Assembly: GCA_963762145.1 (NCBI GenBank) | Contig: CAVXJS010000015.1 | Location: 128,001-192,000 of the forward strand | Length of the DNA: 64,000 nucleotides | From: an uncultured Candidatus Rokubacteria bacterium | GTDB lineage: Bacteria > Methylomirabilota > Methylomirabilia > Rokubacteriales > CSP1-6 | Direction of reading: 5' to 3' | Shown here: positions 63,039 through 64,000 of the stretch, piece after piece | Numbering within the stretch: position 1 is the stretch's first letter | Layout: each line of letters opens with the position of its first letter | The notes under the pieces: generated by a model | Databases searched by the model: none | What the model saw: only the letters and a program-made list of their open reading frames with translations | What the model was told of the DNA's origin: nothing | Program-made: the position numbers and the translations under genes

Positions 63039-63896
63039 GTGGCCACGGCCAGAAGCCGCGGCGCCCGCATCCGGTCCAACGTGTTCGCGTACGCGAACCT
63101 GACGCCGTACGTCTTCTTCGTGCTCTTCCCGTTCTACTTCATGATCGTGACGTCCTTCAAGTCGAACGCCGAGCTATACAACCTCAAGTCGATCCCGTTC
63201 TGGATCCAGAGTGGCGTGATCATGGACCACTACGCGCTCCTCTTCCAGAAGACCGATTTCGTCACCTGGATGAAGAACAGCCTGGCCGTGGCAGTTGTGG
63301 CGACGACGGTCTCGGTGGCCATCTCGATCCTGGCCGGCTACAGCCTGGCGCGCCTGCGCTTCCGCGGCGCCGCCGCCTTCGGCACCGCCATCTTCATCAC
63401 CTACCTGATCCCTCCGACCTTGCTCTTCCTCCCGCTGTCGCAGGTGGTCGTCTGGTTCGGGCTTGCCGACTCGATCTCCGCGCTCATGGTCATCTACCCG
63501 ACCTTCCTGGTGCCGTTCTGTACCTGGCTGCTGATGGGCTACTTCCGGACCATCCCGCGTGAGGTCGAGGAGTGCGCCCTCGTGGACGGTGCTACCCGCA
63601 TGCAGACCCTGTCGAAGATCGTGCTGCCGATGGCCATCCCCGGGGTCATTTGTGCCGTGCTCTTCAGCTTCACGCTCTGCTGGAACGAGTTCACCTACGC
63701 GCTCACCTTCATCTCCCAGTCCGCGAACAAGACGGCAGTGGTGGGCGTGACCTCGGACCTGATCCGCGGCGACATCTACTTTTGGGGCTCGCTCATGGCG
63801 GGCGCGCTGCTCGCGAGCATCCCCATCGTGATCGTGTACGTGCTCTTCCTCGACTACTACGTCTCCGGTCTCACCGCCGGCGCCGTCAAGGGTTAA
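63039..63896 (+). CDS. CUT1 ABC permease (MalG-like)
   Basis: GTG start; FPFYFM, EVEECALVDG, WNEF, GDIYFWGSLM. Confidence 0.92.
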   Translation: MATARSRGARIRSNVFAYANLTPYVFFVLFPFYFMIVTSFKSNAELYNLKSIPFWIQSGVIMDHYALLFQKTDFVTWMKNSLAVAVVATTVSVAISILAGYSLARLRFRGAAAFGTAIFITYLIPPTLLFLPLSQVVVWFGLADSISALMVIYPTFLVPFCTWLLMGYFRTIPREVEECALVDGATRMQTLSKIVLPMAIPGVICAVLFSFTLCWNEFTYALTFISQSANKTAVVGVTSDLIRGDIYFWGSLMAGALLASIPIVIVYVLFLDYYVSGLTAGAVKG

Positions 63897-64000
63897 CCGC
63901 CGACCAGCGAGGCGACGGCTTTCCCTACCTCGGTGGTGGTGGCGGTGCCGCCGAGGTCGCGCGTGAGGCCCTTGCCCTCGGCCACGAAGCGCTCGATCGC
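63893..64000 (-). CDS. C-terminus of an isocitrate/isopropylmalate/tartrate dehydrogenase family protein (partial)
   Basis: Manual translation AIERFVAEGKGLTRDLGGTATTTEVGKAVASLVGG*; T.DLGG...T.E is the family C-terminal motif. Confidence 0.75.
   Translation of the reverse strand, partial: AIERFVAEGKGLTRDLGGTATTTEVGKAVASLVGG

Overview
High-GC bacterial chromosomal window with no rRNA, tRNA, CRISPR array or transposase that I could recognise. kdsB (Kdo/LPS, diderm), an actinobacterial-type proteasome operon and a very large set of solute-binding proteins suggest a Rokubacteria/Methylomirabilota-like organism (inference only). Gene order: acyl-CoA dehydrogenase 3' end; a peptide-type ABC cluster (-); arc-dop-prcB-prcA-pafA; glgB-glgX-gdhA; lgt; a minus-strand catabolic operon (Liv-type ABC, enamidase homologue, DUF1185-type protein, LLM oxidoreductase, xanthine dehydrogenase-family Mo subunit, ModA-like binding protein); XRE-cupin regulator, molybdopterin oxidoreductase and Tat-signal dienelactone hydrolase; then ~30 kb of ABC, TRAP and MFS transporters plus kdsB. 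Top observations: (1) the Pup-proteasome operon is complete except that pup itself is missing from its usual slot and I found no Pup/UBact-like ORF nearby; (2) a sigma54-like promoter lies upstream of it; (3) an enamidase cluster lacks the usual 6-hydroxynicotinate reductase but has an LLM enzyme; (4) several REP/BoxC-like palindrome families occur, one inserted in frame in an MFS gene and others apparently supplying ribosome-binding sites; (5) a 181-bp element has perfect 43-bp G-rich inverted repeats. Seven genes carry clustered 1-bp frameshifts that are most likely assembly errors.
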